The notes below the pieces were generated by a model. That model was given only the letters and a program-made list of their open reading frames with translations, did no database searches and was not told the origin of the DNA. The position numbers were made by a program, and so were the translations under genes. Shown here in pieces: positions 26,681 to 35,728 of a stretch of DNA of 64,000 nt (the stretch's first letter is position 1; each line of letters opens with the position of its first letter). Origin of the DNA: an uncultured Clostridia bacterium (GTDB lineage Bacteria; Bacillota; Clostridia; Christensenellales; UBA1242). The stretch covers positions 1,703 through 65,702 of the forward strand of contig CALVMU010000001.1 of NCBI GenBank assembly GCA_944348085.1, given 5' to 3'.

Positions 26681-29263
26681 TCATTCCCCTAAAATTTTTT
26701 TAAGTGCAAGTTTGTTTTTCTCAAGTTTTTGTTTTTCGTTTTCTATAAGGTTTTGTGGCGCTTTTTTTACAAAGCCCTCGTTTGCAAGCAGTTTTTCTGA
26801 GCGCTCGATTTCAAACTTAAGTTTTGCAACTTCCGCTTGAATTCTCTCCTTTTCCTTTTCGCTGTCAATAAGCTGACCAAGAGGAATATATACAAAGCTG
26901 TCGCGCGCAATTATTTTCACACATTTCTCTGTTGGCTCATTTTCTACAACTTTAACCTCGCTTCCAAAGGCAAGCTTGCAAATTGAAAGCAAATTGTCTT
27001 TGAAAATTTGGTCTTTTTCTGAAAGTTTGAAAAGCAGTTCTGTCTTTTTGTTGTCTGGCAAATTGTATTTTGCTCTTGCATTTCGGATTTCTTTTATAAG
27101 CGAAATCACTGCTTCAAAGTCATTTGCAGTATTAAGTTTCAATCTCTTTGGATAGTCACAAAGCATGATTGTCTCTTCATGTTCAGGCATATTTTGATAG
27201 ATATATTCTGTCACAAAAGGAATAAATGGATGGAAAAGCTTTAAAAGTGCGTCAAAAACATAATAAAGCACATTTTGAGTTACATTTTTTCTGCCCTCAT
27301 CTTCGCCATAAAGGTCAACTTTTGCAAGTTCGATATACCAGTCACAGAATTTTGCCACAGTAAATTCAATTAAATTGCTTGCACAAACACCAAGAGCATA
27401 GCGCTCCATGTTTTTGTCAACTGATTTTATAAGCTCGTTAAGCTCATTTAAAATCCACTTATCTTTCTCTTTAAGCTTAAGCTTTTTCAAATCTGTCTTT
27501 TTGAAATCTTTGAGGTTTAAAATCACAAACTTGCTTGCATTGTAAAGTTTGTTGATAAAGATTTTGGCTTCTTTGATTTTTTCTTCGCCGTATTTGATGT
27601 CTGAACCCATGCTCATGCCGTTGACAAGCGAAAGCCTTAAAGCATCAGCGCCATATTTTGCAATCATGTCGTTAGGGTCAACGCCATTGCCAAGGTGTTT
27701 TGACATTTTGACGCCTTTGATGTCGCGAACCATTCCATGAATTACAACATCTTTGAAAGGCACTTCTCCCATAAATTTGAGCCCTGAGAACACCATCTTT
27801 GAAACCCAGAAGGTTATGATGTCATAAGCCGTTACAAGAACTGAAGTTGGATAATAATATTTAAGGTCTTCAGTTTGCTCAGGATATCCAAGTGTTGAGA
27901 AAGGCCACAAAGCCGACGAGAACCAAGTGTCAAGCACATCTTCTTCTTGTTCAAGGTGGTGGCTTTTGCAATGTGGGCAAACTGTTGGTTCTTCTTCGCT
28001 TGCAAACACATGACCATTTGAGCAAGTGTAAACAGGAATGCGATGTCCCAGCCAAATTTGACGAGAAATGCACCAATCTTGAATGTTTTCAAGCCAGTTT
28101 AGATATTTTTTTTCAAATCTTTTTGGATGGAATTTGAGTTCACCCTTTTTGACCGCTTCGACTGCAGGTTTTGCAAGGTCTTTCATCTTGACAAACCATT
28201 GTGTTGAAATTTTTGGCTCGGTAAAATTGTGGCAACGATCGCAAGTTCCCACTTGATTTTTGTATTTTTCCTTTTTAACAAGATAGCCACCCTCTTCGAG
28301 CGCTTTTTCAATTTGTGGTCTTGCCTTTATTCTGTCAAGTCCAGCAAACTGACCTGCATTTTCGTTAAGTTTGCCTTCATCATCAATGCAAGTGACAACC
28401 TCAAGGTTATGACGCAGTCCAACCTCATAGTCATTTGGGTCATGCGCTGGTGTGATTTTAACAGCGCCCGTTCCAAAGCCCATTTCGCAATAGTCATCAC
28501 CAATAAGTTTGATTTTTTTGTTTACCAGAGGCAAGATAAGGTCTTTGCCAATTTGGTCTTTATATTTTGGGTCTTTTGGATTGACTGCAACGGCAGTATC
28601 ACCAAAAATTGTTTCAGGTCTTGTTGTTGCCACTGTCACATAACCGCTTCCGTCAGCAAATGGATAGCGAATATACCACAAGAATGTGTTTTGCTCAACA
28701 TAGACATTTTCGTTGTCAGAGATTGTCGTTTTGCAACTTGGGCAATAATTTACCACCCTCTTGCCTTTATAGATCAGCCCTTCACCAAAATATTGACAGA
28801 AAACATGACGAACAGCTTTGTTTAAATTTTCGTCCATGGTAAAGGCAAGTCTTGACCAATCGCAAGAAATGCCGAGCGCTTTAAACTGGTCAACAATGAT
28901 GTTGCCATATTTTTTATACCAATCCCAGCCCATTTCGAGAAATTTTTCTCGGCCGATATCTTCTTTTTTAAGCCCATCATGGCGAAGTTGACGAGCAATA
29001 ACCTCTTCAGTTGCAATGGCAGCGTGGTCTGTGCCTGGGATCCAAAGAGTGTTAAAGCCCTTCATGCGTTTTGTGCGCACCAAGATGTCTTGAATTGTGT
29101 TGTTTAAGGCATGTCCAACATGGGCTTTGCCAGTAACATTTGGTGGCGGCATAACGACAGAAAAATGTTCTCTTCCGTCAGGCTGAGAAGTGAAATAATT
29201 TTTCTCAAGCCAATTTTTGTATATATCTTTTTCAAAAAACTCAGGTGTATAAGATTTTTCCAT
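26681..29263 (-). CDS. valS: Valine--tRNA ligase
   Basis: PPPNVTGKAHVGH (HIGH motif), KMSKHLGN (KMSKS motif), an editing domain and a C-terminal coiled coil. Confidence 0.95.
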   Translation of the reverse strand: MEKSYTPEFFEKDIYKNWLEKNYFTSQPDGREHFSVVMPPPNVTGKAHVGHALNNTIQDILVRTKRMKGFNTLWIPGTDHAAIATEEVIARQLRHDGLKKEDIGREKFLEMGWDWYKKYGNIIVDQFKALGISCDWSRLAFTMDENLNKAVRHVFCQYFGEGLIYKGKRVVNYCPSCKTTISDNENVYVEQNTFLWYIRYPFADGSGYVTVATTRPETIFGDTAVAVNPKDPKYKDQIGKDLILPLVNKKIKLIGDDYCEMGFGTGAVKITPAHDPNDYEVGLRHNLEVVTCIDDEGKLNENAGQFAGLDRIKARPQIEKALEEGGYLVKKEKYKNQVGTCDRCHNFTEPKISTQWFVKMKDLAKPAVEAVKKGELKFHPKRFEKKYLNWLENIQDWCISRQIWLGHRIPVYTCSNGHVFASEEEPTVCPHCKSHHLEQEEDVLDTWFSSALWPFSTLGYPEQTEDLKYYYPTSVLVTAYDIITFWVSKMVFSGLKFMGEVPFKDVVIHGMVRDIKGVKMSKHLGNGVDPNDMIAKYGADALRLSLVNGMSMGSDIKYGEEKIKEAKIFINKLYNASKFVILNLKDFKKTDLKKLKLKEKDKWILNELNELIKSVDKNMERYALGVCASNLIEFTVAKFCDWYIELAKVDLYGEDEGRKNVTQNVLYYVFDALLKLFHPFIPFVTEYIYQNMPEHEETIMLCDYPKRLKLNTANDFEAVISLIKEIRNARAKYNLPDNKKTELLFKLSEKDQIFKDNLLSICKLAFGSEVKVVENEPTEKCVKIIARDSFVYIPLGQLIDSEKEKERIQAEVAKLKFEIERSEKLLANEGFVKKAPQNLIENEKQKLEKNKLALKKILGE

Positions 29264-29289
29264 AACTTTTTCCTTTTTGTTTAAAATTT

Positions 29290-30648
29290 TTACGCTTTTT
29301 CTATCACAAATCCATCTTTGCTGTCTTTGACGACATAGCCTTTTGCAAGAATTTCTGCTCGAATGGCATCAGCTTTTGCATAGTCTTTGTTTTGTTTTGC
29401 CTGCCACCTTTCATTTGCAAGAGAAGTCACATCTTCAGGAACCGAACTCTCGTCAAAGCTAAAGCCAAGCACTTTGTTAAATTCTTCAATAAGAGAGTAA
29501 ACTTGACTGCTCTTTTCTTCTTTTAAAAGTTTTTGACAAACAGCGAGTGCTTTTGGCATGTTGAGGTCGTCATTTATCGCCTCTAAAAATGCCTTTCGGT
29601 ATTCCTCTAAAGCACTCTCTTCAAGTTTGTTTTGACCGTTTTTGTGAGATAAAACTGCCGTTTTAAAGGCTTTTAAGCTGTTTTGAGCACCTTTTATCGC
29701 CTCAAAAGTGAAATTTTGCTGTTTTGCATAGTGCGCCATAAAATAGAAATATCTGAAATCTTCTGGCTCAAATCCGCGCGCTTTCAAATCGTCAAGTGTG
29801 TAGATATTTCCAAGGCTTTTGCTCATTTTTCCGCCGTCAACTTGCAAAAATTCAACATGCATCCAAAACTTGACCACTTGATGTCCGCACAAGCTGTCGC
29901 TTTGTGCAATCTCATTTTCGTGATGTATGGTTTTATGGTCAACACCGCCTGTGTGAATGTCGATATATTCGCCTAAAAATTTGTTGCCAATAACTGAGCA
30001 TTCAATGTGCCAGCCTGGATAGCCCATTCCCCAAGGGCTGTTCCACTGCATGATATGCTCTTTTGGCGCCTTTACCCAAAGCACAAAGTCATAAGGATTG
30101 TGTTTTTCATCGTCAACTTCAATTCTTGCGCCTGCCATTTTTTGATCAACCGCGCCACCAAGTTTTCCATAACCTGGAAGCTTGTTGATGTCAAAATAGA
30201 TGCCCTTGCTGGTCTCATAGGCATAACCCTTTTCAAGAAGCCCTTCAACAAACTTGATAATGTCTTCAATCACGCTTGTTGCTGGCGCAATATGCTCTGG
30301 CATATCGATGTTGAGCCTTTTGACTTCCTTCATAAAAACATCGGTATAAAATTTTGCAATTTCCCAAGGGCTTTTATGCTCTCGCTCGCTTGCCACAAGC
30401 ATTTTGTCTTCACCCTCATCTGCGTCGCTTGTAAGATGTCCAACATCGGTGATGTTGATAACACCGTCCATCTGATAGCCGTTATATTTGAGCACTCTTC
30501 TTATGTTGTCCATAAAAAGATAAGCTCTCATGTTGCCAATGTGTGGATAATAATAAACAGTTGGACCGCATGAATACATTTTCACCTTATCGCCATGTGG
30601 CGCAAACTCTTCTTTTCTTTTAGTTAACGAATTATAAAATTTTATCAT
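29290..30648 (-). CDS. cysS: Cysteine--tRNA ligase
   Basis: CGPTVYYYPHIGN, GWHIECS and KMSKSLGN. Confidence 0.95.
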   Translation of the reverse strand: MIKFYNSLTKRKEEFAPHGDKVKMYSCGPTVYYYPHIGNMRAYLFMDNIRRVLKYNGYQMDGVINITDVGHLTSDADEGEDKMLVASEREHKSPWEIAKFYTDVFMKEVKRLNIDMPEHIAPATSVIEDIIKFVEGLLEKGYAYETSKGIYFDINKLPGYGKLGGAVDQKMAGARIEVDDEKHNPYDFVLWVKAPKEHIMQWNSPWGMGYPGWHIECSVIGNKFLGEYIDIHTGGVDHKTIHHENEIAQSDSLCGHQVVKFWMHVEFLQVDGGKMSKSLGNIYTLDDLKARGFEPEDFRYFYFMAHYAKQQNFTFEAIKGAQNSLKAFKTAVLSHKNGQNKLEESALEEYRKAFLEAINDDLNMPKALAVCQKLLKEEKSSQVYSLIEEFNKVLGFSFDESSVPEDVTSLANERWQAKQNKDYAKADAIRAEILAKGYVVKDSKDGFVIEKA

Positions 30649-30721
30649 AATCTTTCCTTTATTTTTAATATGAAATTTCCAGCAAAAAAGTCAAAATTTT
30701 GGCAAAACGAAAGCAAAAAGA

Positions 30722-31108
30722 CTAAACTATTTTATTGAAATAGTCGCTAAGCTTTTTTGTTGCATCTTGAATGGAGTCGTCAATATTTCCCACAATCTCG
30801 CCGATTGAAGAGACATATTTATAAAGACTGTTCATGCCCTCAACTGTAAGGTTTAAAACATGACAGCGTTTGTCAATAGTTGACTTGCCAATTGTGACAA
30901 GCCCTTCTTTTTGAAGTTCTCTTGTGATAAGAGCAAAATTTGTCTTTTTGATGCCCAATTTTTCCACAATCATGCCAATTGAAAGATTTTCGTAAAGATA
31001 GGCAAAATACAAAATTTTATGTTTTAAAAATGAGCCGTCGCTTTTCTTTTTTAAGATGTTTTCAAGCAGTGCTTCAAGTTCGATAAGCCCACCAATTTTA
31101 TTCATCAT
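30722..31108 (-). CDS. Small MarR-like winged-helix regulator
   Basis: LSIGMIVEKLGIKKTNFALITRELQKEGLVT...DKRCHVLNLTVEG. Confidence 0.6.
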   Translation of the reverse strand: MMNKIGGLIELEALLENILKKKSDGSFLKHKILYFAYLYENLSIGMIVEKLGIKKTNFALITRELQKEGLVTIGKSTIDKRCHVLNLTVEGMNSLYKYVSSIGEIVGNIDDSIQDATKKLSDYFNKIV

Positions 31109-31204
31109 AGATTTTCACCTCTTAAACACAAGTATAATGCAATTTTTTTTTCAAAGCAAGTGTTTTTACTTGTTTTTTTGAATTTTAGATATTAAAATAT
31201 ATCT

Positions 31205-33439
31205 ATGACAATTGAAGGCCCAATTGAAGAAATTATCTTCCGTAACGACGAAAATGGTTACACTGTTTTTTTGCTTGATTTTAAAGGGGCACTGACCACT
31301 TGTGTTGGCAAACTTGTAAGCGCAAACATCGGCGAAAACCTCTCGCTTGAAGGCGAATTTGTTAACAATTCAAAATATGGCTTTCAGTTTGCTTTTACAA
31401 GTTATGAGGTGGTTTTGCCAACCTCTCTCGCTGGCATTGAAAGATATCTCTCGTCTGGGCTTATCAAAGGCGTTGGACCAGTCACTGCCAAAAACATTGT
31501 GCAAACATTTAAAGAACAAACCTTTGACATAATCGAAATGAGTCCATCTTCACTTGCCCAAATCAAAAACATTTCAATGAAAAAGGCGCTTGAAATTGGT
31601 GAAAAATTTAAAGAACTCAAAAAAATGCAAAATTCAATCATGTTTTTGCAAAAATACAACATTTCAACCAACATGGCGATGAAAATCTATGAAGTTTATG
31701 GCTCAAACACCATAAATGTGGTCAAGGCAAACCCATACAAACTTGTTGAAGACATTGACGGCATAGGCTTTCTCTCAGCCGACCGCATTGCAAAAAGCAT
31801 TGGCATTCCTGCCTATAGCGAATTTAGAGTCAGGGCTGGAATTTTACACACCATGCTTTCTGCTGTTGAAAAAACAGGCAACACTTTTTTGCCTAAAAAT
31901 GCACTTGCCACGCAAAGCCTTGCCCTGCTTGAGATTGATGAAGAGGTTTTTGGCGAGCTGTTTGAAGAGGCGCTTGACGGACTTGTCCTTGACAAAACAA
32001 TGATGAAATTTTGGAAGGACAACCTTGAAGTTGTGATTTTTAGCAAATATTATTTCTATGAAAATTCAGTCGCGCAAAAACTTGCCGTTCTTTCGTCAAC
32101 TCAAAACATTGAAAAGCTTGACTTTGAAGATGAAATTGACCACTTTCAAGCAAAAAACAAAATCCTTTTTCATGATGAACAAAAAAATGCAATCACCACC
32201 GCGCTAAACAGTGGCGTTTCAGTTATCACAGGCGGACCAGGAACTGGAAAGACAACAATCATCAAATGCGTGATAGAACTTTTGAAGCAACAAAATCAAA
32301 AGTTTATTCTTATGGCGCCAACTGGCAGAGCAAGCAAACGCCTTTCTGACAGCACAGGTGAAGAGGCCAAAACAATTCACAGAGCGCTTGAGGTTGCTCC
32401 AAATGCCACAACCGCAAACAGATTTGTTTACAACGAAAATAACCCTCTCAAAACCGATGTTGTGATTGTTGACGAAATGTCAATGGTTGATGTTGCACTT
32501 ATGAGCAGTCTTTGTAAAGCCCTTCCTCGCCAATGCAAACTGATAATGGTTGGCGACAAAGACCAGCTTCCAAGTGTAGGCGCCGGAAATGTGCTTGACG
32601 ATGTTATAAAAAGCGGTTGCGTTCCAGTTTGCACGCTGACAAAAATTTTCCGTCAAAGCGATGACAGCCTTATAATCACAAACGCACACCTTATCAACGA
32701 TGGCAAAATGCCGGTTATTGACAATCACTCAAAAGACTTTTTCTTTGAAGAAAAAAACGACCTTGAAGAGATAAAAAGGTCTGTGATTGACCTTGTCACA
32801 AAAAGGCTTCCTTATTTTACCAAAGAAGACAGCACTCAAATTCAGGTGCTTGCACCACTCAAGGCGGGCGTCTGCGGAATAACCAATCTCAACACCACCC
32901 TTCAAGAAGTTATCAATCCGCCTTCAATCAAAAAGATGGAATTTGTTGTCGGGCAGACTATTTTCAGAGAAGGCGACAAAGTGATGCAAACTGCAAACAA
33001 CTATAACCTTGTTTGGAGCCGAACTGTCGGCTTTATTGACGAGCAAGGCGAAGGCGTTTTTAATGGAGACATTGGCTATATTGTTAAAATAGACTACCAA
33101 ACTGGTGAAACTGTCGTTGAGTTTGAAGATGGCAGAATTTGCGCCTATCCGCGAACTGAAATCTCTCAGCTCAGCCTTGCCTATGCCATCACAATTCACA
33201 AAAGCCAAGGCTCAGAATTTGACACAGTTGTCATTCCTGTGATTGCAGGCGCGCCAATGATTTTGACGCGAAACCTTATCTACACTGCCGTGACTCGTGC
33301 AAAAAAGATGGTTGTGCTTGTCGGCGAAAAGAAAAATCTTCGACGCATGGTTTCAAACAACTATACATTGCAGCGCTACACCCTTTTGAAAGGCCTATTG
33401 AAAGACGCACAAAAGAAAATAAAGGAGCTTTATGAATAA
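31205..33439 (+). CDS. recD2: ATP-dependent RecD2-like SF1 DNA helicase
   Basis: GGPGTGKTT, VIVDEMSMV, GDKDQLPSVGAG and AITIHKSQGSEF. N-terminal HhH region. Confidence 0.9.
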   Translation: MTIEGPIEEIIFRNDENGYTVFLLDFKGALTTCVGKLVSANIGENLSLEGEFVNNSKYGFQFAFTSYEVVLPTSLAGIERYLSSGLIKGVGPVTAKNIVQTFKEQTFDIIEMSPSSLAQIKNISMKKALEIGEKFKELKKMQNSIMFLQKYNISTNMAMKIYEVYGSNTINVVKANPYKLVEDIDGIGFLSADRIAKSIGIPAYSEFRVRAGILHTMLSAVEKTGNTFLPKNALATQSLALLEIDEEVFGELFEEALDGLVLDKTMMKFWKDNLEVVIFSKYYFYENSVAQKLAVLSSTQNIEKLDFEDEIDHFQAKNKILFHDEQKNAITTALNSGVSVITGGPGTGKTTIIKCVIELLKQQNQKFILMAPTGRASKRLSDSTGEEAKTIHRALEVAPNATTANRFVYNENNPLKTDVVIVDEMSMVDVALMSSLCKALPRQCKLIMVGDKDQLPSVGAGNVLDDVIKSGCVPVCTLTKIFRQSDDSLIITNAHLINDGKMPVIDNHSKDFFFEEKNDLEEIKRSVIDLVTKRLPYFTKEDSTQIQVLAPLKAGVCGITNLNTTLQEVINPPSIKKMEFVVGQTIFREGDKVMQTANNYNLVWSRTVGFIDEQGEGVFNGDIGYIVKIDYQTGETVVEFEDGRICAYPRTEISQLSLAYAITIHKSQGSEFDTVVIPVIAGAPMILTRNLIYTAVTRAKKMVVLVGEKKNLRRMVSNNYTLQRYTLLKGLLKDAQKKIKELYE

Positions 33440-34178
33440 ATTTTTATCCTTTTGCAAGAAAGTTGGCAACAAATTTTTGGACTTAGTCTTTCCGCTCAAC
33501 ACAAAATGCATCTTTTGCAACAACGAAATTGTCGATTTTGATAAAAAGCCATATTGTGACGAATGTGAAAAATATGCCTTCAACAAAGGTGCAAAATGCA
33601 TAAAGTGTGACACACGCATAAAAGAAGGCAACAAAATTTGTGACCATTGCAAATCACACAAGCGCTATTTTGAAAAATGTTTTTGTCCACTAAATTATGA
33701 AAAGGCAGTGCGCTCAAGCATTTTGTCTTTCAAAGACAGCAATGCAAGATACCTGGCAAAAAGCTATGCAAAGATTATTTTTGATTATATCAAAGATGAA
33801 AATTTGCATTTTGACATTATAACTTTTGTGCCTTCTCATAAAACTTCTATAAAAAGGCGTGGCTATAACCCTGCCAAACTGCTTGCAGATGAAATTGCCC
33901 TTCTGTTTGACAAACCTCGCCTTGAGACACTGCTTAAAATCACCCATACCAAAGCGCAAAAGAATTTGAGCTACAGTGAAAGAGCGAAAAATCTTGAAAA
34001 TTCAATGATGGTGACAAACGCAAAGCTTATAAAAGGCAAAACGATCTTGCTCGTTGATGATGTTGTCACAACCTGCGCCACTTCCAATCAATGTGCAAAA
34101 CTTCTTAAAAATTTTGCTGACAAAATCTATGTCACTGCAATTGCCAGAAATCATTTAAAGCCAGAAAAACAAAGTTGA
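33432..34178 (+). CDS. comF: ComF-family protein (zinc ribbon plus phosphoribosyltransferase domain)
   Basis: N-terminal CxxC pairs and the PRTase motif ILLVDDVVTTCAT. It overlaps recD2 by 8 nt and uses a TGA stop. Confidence 0.8.
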   Translation: MNKFLSFCKKVGNKFLDLVFPLNTKCIFCNNEIVDFDKKPYCDECEKYAFNKGAKCIKCDTRIKEGNKICDHCKSHKRYFEKCFCPLNYEKAVRSSILSFKDSNARYLAKSYAKIIFDYIKDENLHFDIITFVPSHKTSIKRRGYNPAKLLADEIALLFDKPRLETLLKITHTKAQKNLSYSERAKNLENSMMVTNAKLIKGKTILLVDDVVTTCATSNQCAKLLKNFADKIYVTAIARNHLKPEKQS

Positions 34179-34239
34179 AAATTATCTTTTTATAAATCTG
34201 TCAATATATTTGCCAAAACTATATAAAATAGGAACGCTT

Positions 34240-34518
34240 ATGTTTGTTGGACTTGCAGTGGCTGGCTCATTCTGCGCGCAAAACATGCTCAGCGCAAGTG
34301 AAGTTGGAGATTTTCCAATCTTGTCACTTATCTGAGCAATTGCCTTCTATGGACTTGCAGCTTTCGGCTTTGTTATGCAACTTATCGGTTTAAATTTTGC
34401 GATTGTTCAGAAAAGGCTTAACAAACAGACGATTGGAAAAGTTGCTTCAATCATGTCTTATGTTCTTATTCCACTTTCAATAATCGCAGTTGTTGTCACA
34501 ATTGTTTTAGTTTTATAA
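34240..34518 (+). pseudogene. Small two-TM membrane protein ORF interrupted by an in-frame TGA at 34333-34335
   Basis: It reads MFVGLAVAGSFCAQNMLSASEVGDFPILSLI-TGA-AIAFYGLAAFGFVMQLIGLNFAIVQKRL...VVVTIVLVL. A hydrophobic helix runs straight across the stop. Confidence 0.45.
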
Positions 34519-34601
34519 GCACAAAAAATGAAAGCAAATGTTTCTGCTTGCTTTTTTATTTTGAAGAAATTTAAAAAGTTCGACAAATTTTATAAAAACG
34601 C

Positions 34602-34630
34602 TTGACTTGTGGTCTAAAAACAAGTATAAT
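34602..34630 (+). promoter_or_regulatory. Consensus sigma-A promoter of tRNA-Glu
   Basis: TTGACT (34602-34607), a 17-nt spacer, then TATAAT (34625-34630). Confidence 0.75.
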
Positions 34631-34648
34631 AAACAAGTATCATGTTGT

Positions 34649-34723
34649 GGCCTCATGGTCAAGCGGTTAAGACACCGCCCTTTCACGGCGGAATCAGGGG
34701 TTCGATTCCCCTTGAGGCTACCA
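34649..34723 (+). tRNA. tRNA-Glu (TTC)
   Basis: GGCCTCATGGTCAAGCGGTTAAGACACCGCCCTTTCACGGCGGAATCAGGGGTTCGATTCCCCTTGAGGCTACCA. Confidence 0.95.
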
Positions 34724-34734
34724 AAAAAAATTGC

Positions 34735-34758
34735 GCGAAGAAATCTCTTCGCTTTTTT
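34735..34758 (+). terminator. Intrinsic terminator after tRNA-Glu (duplicated at 35051-35074)
   Basis: GCGAAGA-aatc-TCTTCGC followed by T6. Confidence 0.7.
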
Positions 34759-34929
34759 GTTACTTTATTTATTAAAAGGAATCGAACCCCGTCTTGTTAG
34801 GGCTCCCGAAAATCGAAAGATTTTTGGGAAGAGGAGCAAACGAGCGCAAGAGCAAGAGTTTTGATAAAAACTTTGCATAAGCGAAGTTTGTGACGAGATT
34901 CCCCTTGAGGCTACCAAAAAAAATTGCGC
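34759..34929 (+). repeat. tRNA-Glu 3' module: anti-T-arm box, conserved hairpin, and a second copy of the tRNA 3' end
   Basis: GGAATCGAACCCC (34777-34789) is the rc of the Glu T arm. The hairpin is CCCGAAAATC-GAAA-GATTTTTGGG (34804-34827). The 33-bp block gattccccttgaggctaccaaaaaaaattgcgc at 34897-34929 is identical to 34704-34736. Confidence 0.8.
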
Positions 34930-35074
34930 TTTTGCCTAGCTACTTCGTAGCGTATGGCACTGGCGCTTATTTTTTTTTGTTGTTTCGCGCCAAACGAAAA
35001 TCGCACAGCGAATTTTGCGCGAACTTGCATAAAGTTTGATAAAAAATTGAGCGAAGAAATCTCTTCGCTTTTTT
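34930..35074 (+). repeat. Second repeat block: more hairpins plus a third copy of the tRNA-Glu downstream flank and terminator
   Basis: It contains GCTAC-ttc-GTAGC and CGAAAATCGC-aca-GCGAATTTTGCG (same hairpin family). The sequence aaaaaattgAgcgaagaaatctcttcgcttttttgtt at 35041-35077 matches 34725-34761 with one mismatch. Confidence 0.7.
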
Positions 35075-35150
35075 GTTTGTTTCTAAAATAAATCTCCAAC
35101 AAAAAACCACCCTTTTTGGAGTTTTCCCCATCAAGAGTGGTTTTAGCTTT

Positions 35151-35675
35151 TTATCTCTTTGCGTTTTTAAGTTTGCTTCCACATACAATGCCAAGTGCTG
35201 AACCAATAAGACCAAACACAAGAAATAGCCATGCTCCAACTGCAGGGATATAAGAATGAGACACTCCAAGACCTTCTGTATGCATTTGGAGACAGCCAGC
35301 AAGCAAAAGAACAAATGCGATAAGAACTGCTATAAATGCAACAATAGATAAAACTCTTACTGTGATTTGAAGCCAATTCTTTTTAATAAAGAATTGAAGC
35401 ACAATTGCGATGATCAAAAGGCTTAGCATAATGATGCTGATAATGAAGAAGGCTTCGCTACCCTTCCAAGTGCCTTCAGCTTCAATCAAGCCACTAAAGT
35501 CGCTATTGAGACTTTCAAACCAATCGCCGAAAGAGACAGAGGCGCTCTCTCCAGACAAGCTTCCTCCACTCGTTTGAGTGAAATAAGCACCTCCAGCCAT
35601 GCTAATCATGGCGCCTAGCGACAATAAGATTGCCAGAACTCGCAAAACTATTGTTTTTACCGATTTTACTTTCAT
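35151..35675 (-). CDS. Hypothetical 4-TM membrane protein
   Basis: 174-aa ORF with an N-terminal signal/TM segment plus three hydrophobic helices. Confidence 0.55.
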   Translation of the reverse strand: MKVKSVKTIVLRVLAILLSLGAMISMAGGAYFTQTSGGSLSGESASVSFGDWFESLNSDFSGLIEAEGTWKGSEAFFIISIIMLSLLIIAIVLQFFIKKNWLQITVRVLSIVAFIAVLIAFVLLLAGCLQMHTEGLGVSHSYIPAVGAWLFLVFGLIGSALGIVCGSKLKNAKR

Positions 35676-35728
35676 TTCCCCCTCCTTTCTTATATATTAC
35701 AATTTTTCTTTGTTTTGTGTCAAGCAAA

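Noticed and set aside
26681-31204. T-box leaders upstream of valS and cysS (and of alaS at 56762-56823)
   Set aside because: The intergenic spaces are only 26-96 nt, far too short for a T-box. These genes appear to be operon-internal.
34333-34335. Genome-wide TGA reassignment (code 4 or 25), or selenocysteine
   Set aside because: TGA terminates comF (34176-34178) and the first ABC gene (21711-21713) at positions consistent with protein family ends. No SECIS-like hairpin is obvious after the in-frame TGA.
34607-34864. 85-aa ORF overlapping tRNA-Glu. The same applies to ORFs 49649-49831, 49687-49881 and 50194-50385 over tRNA-Gly, tRNA-Cys and tRNA-Leu.
   Set aside because: They are superimposed on high-confidence tRNA genes and repeats, so they are not coding.
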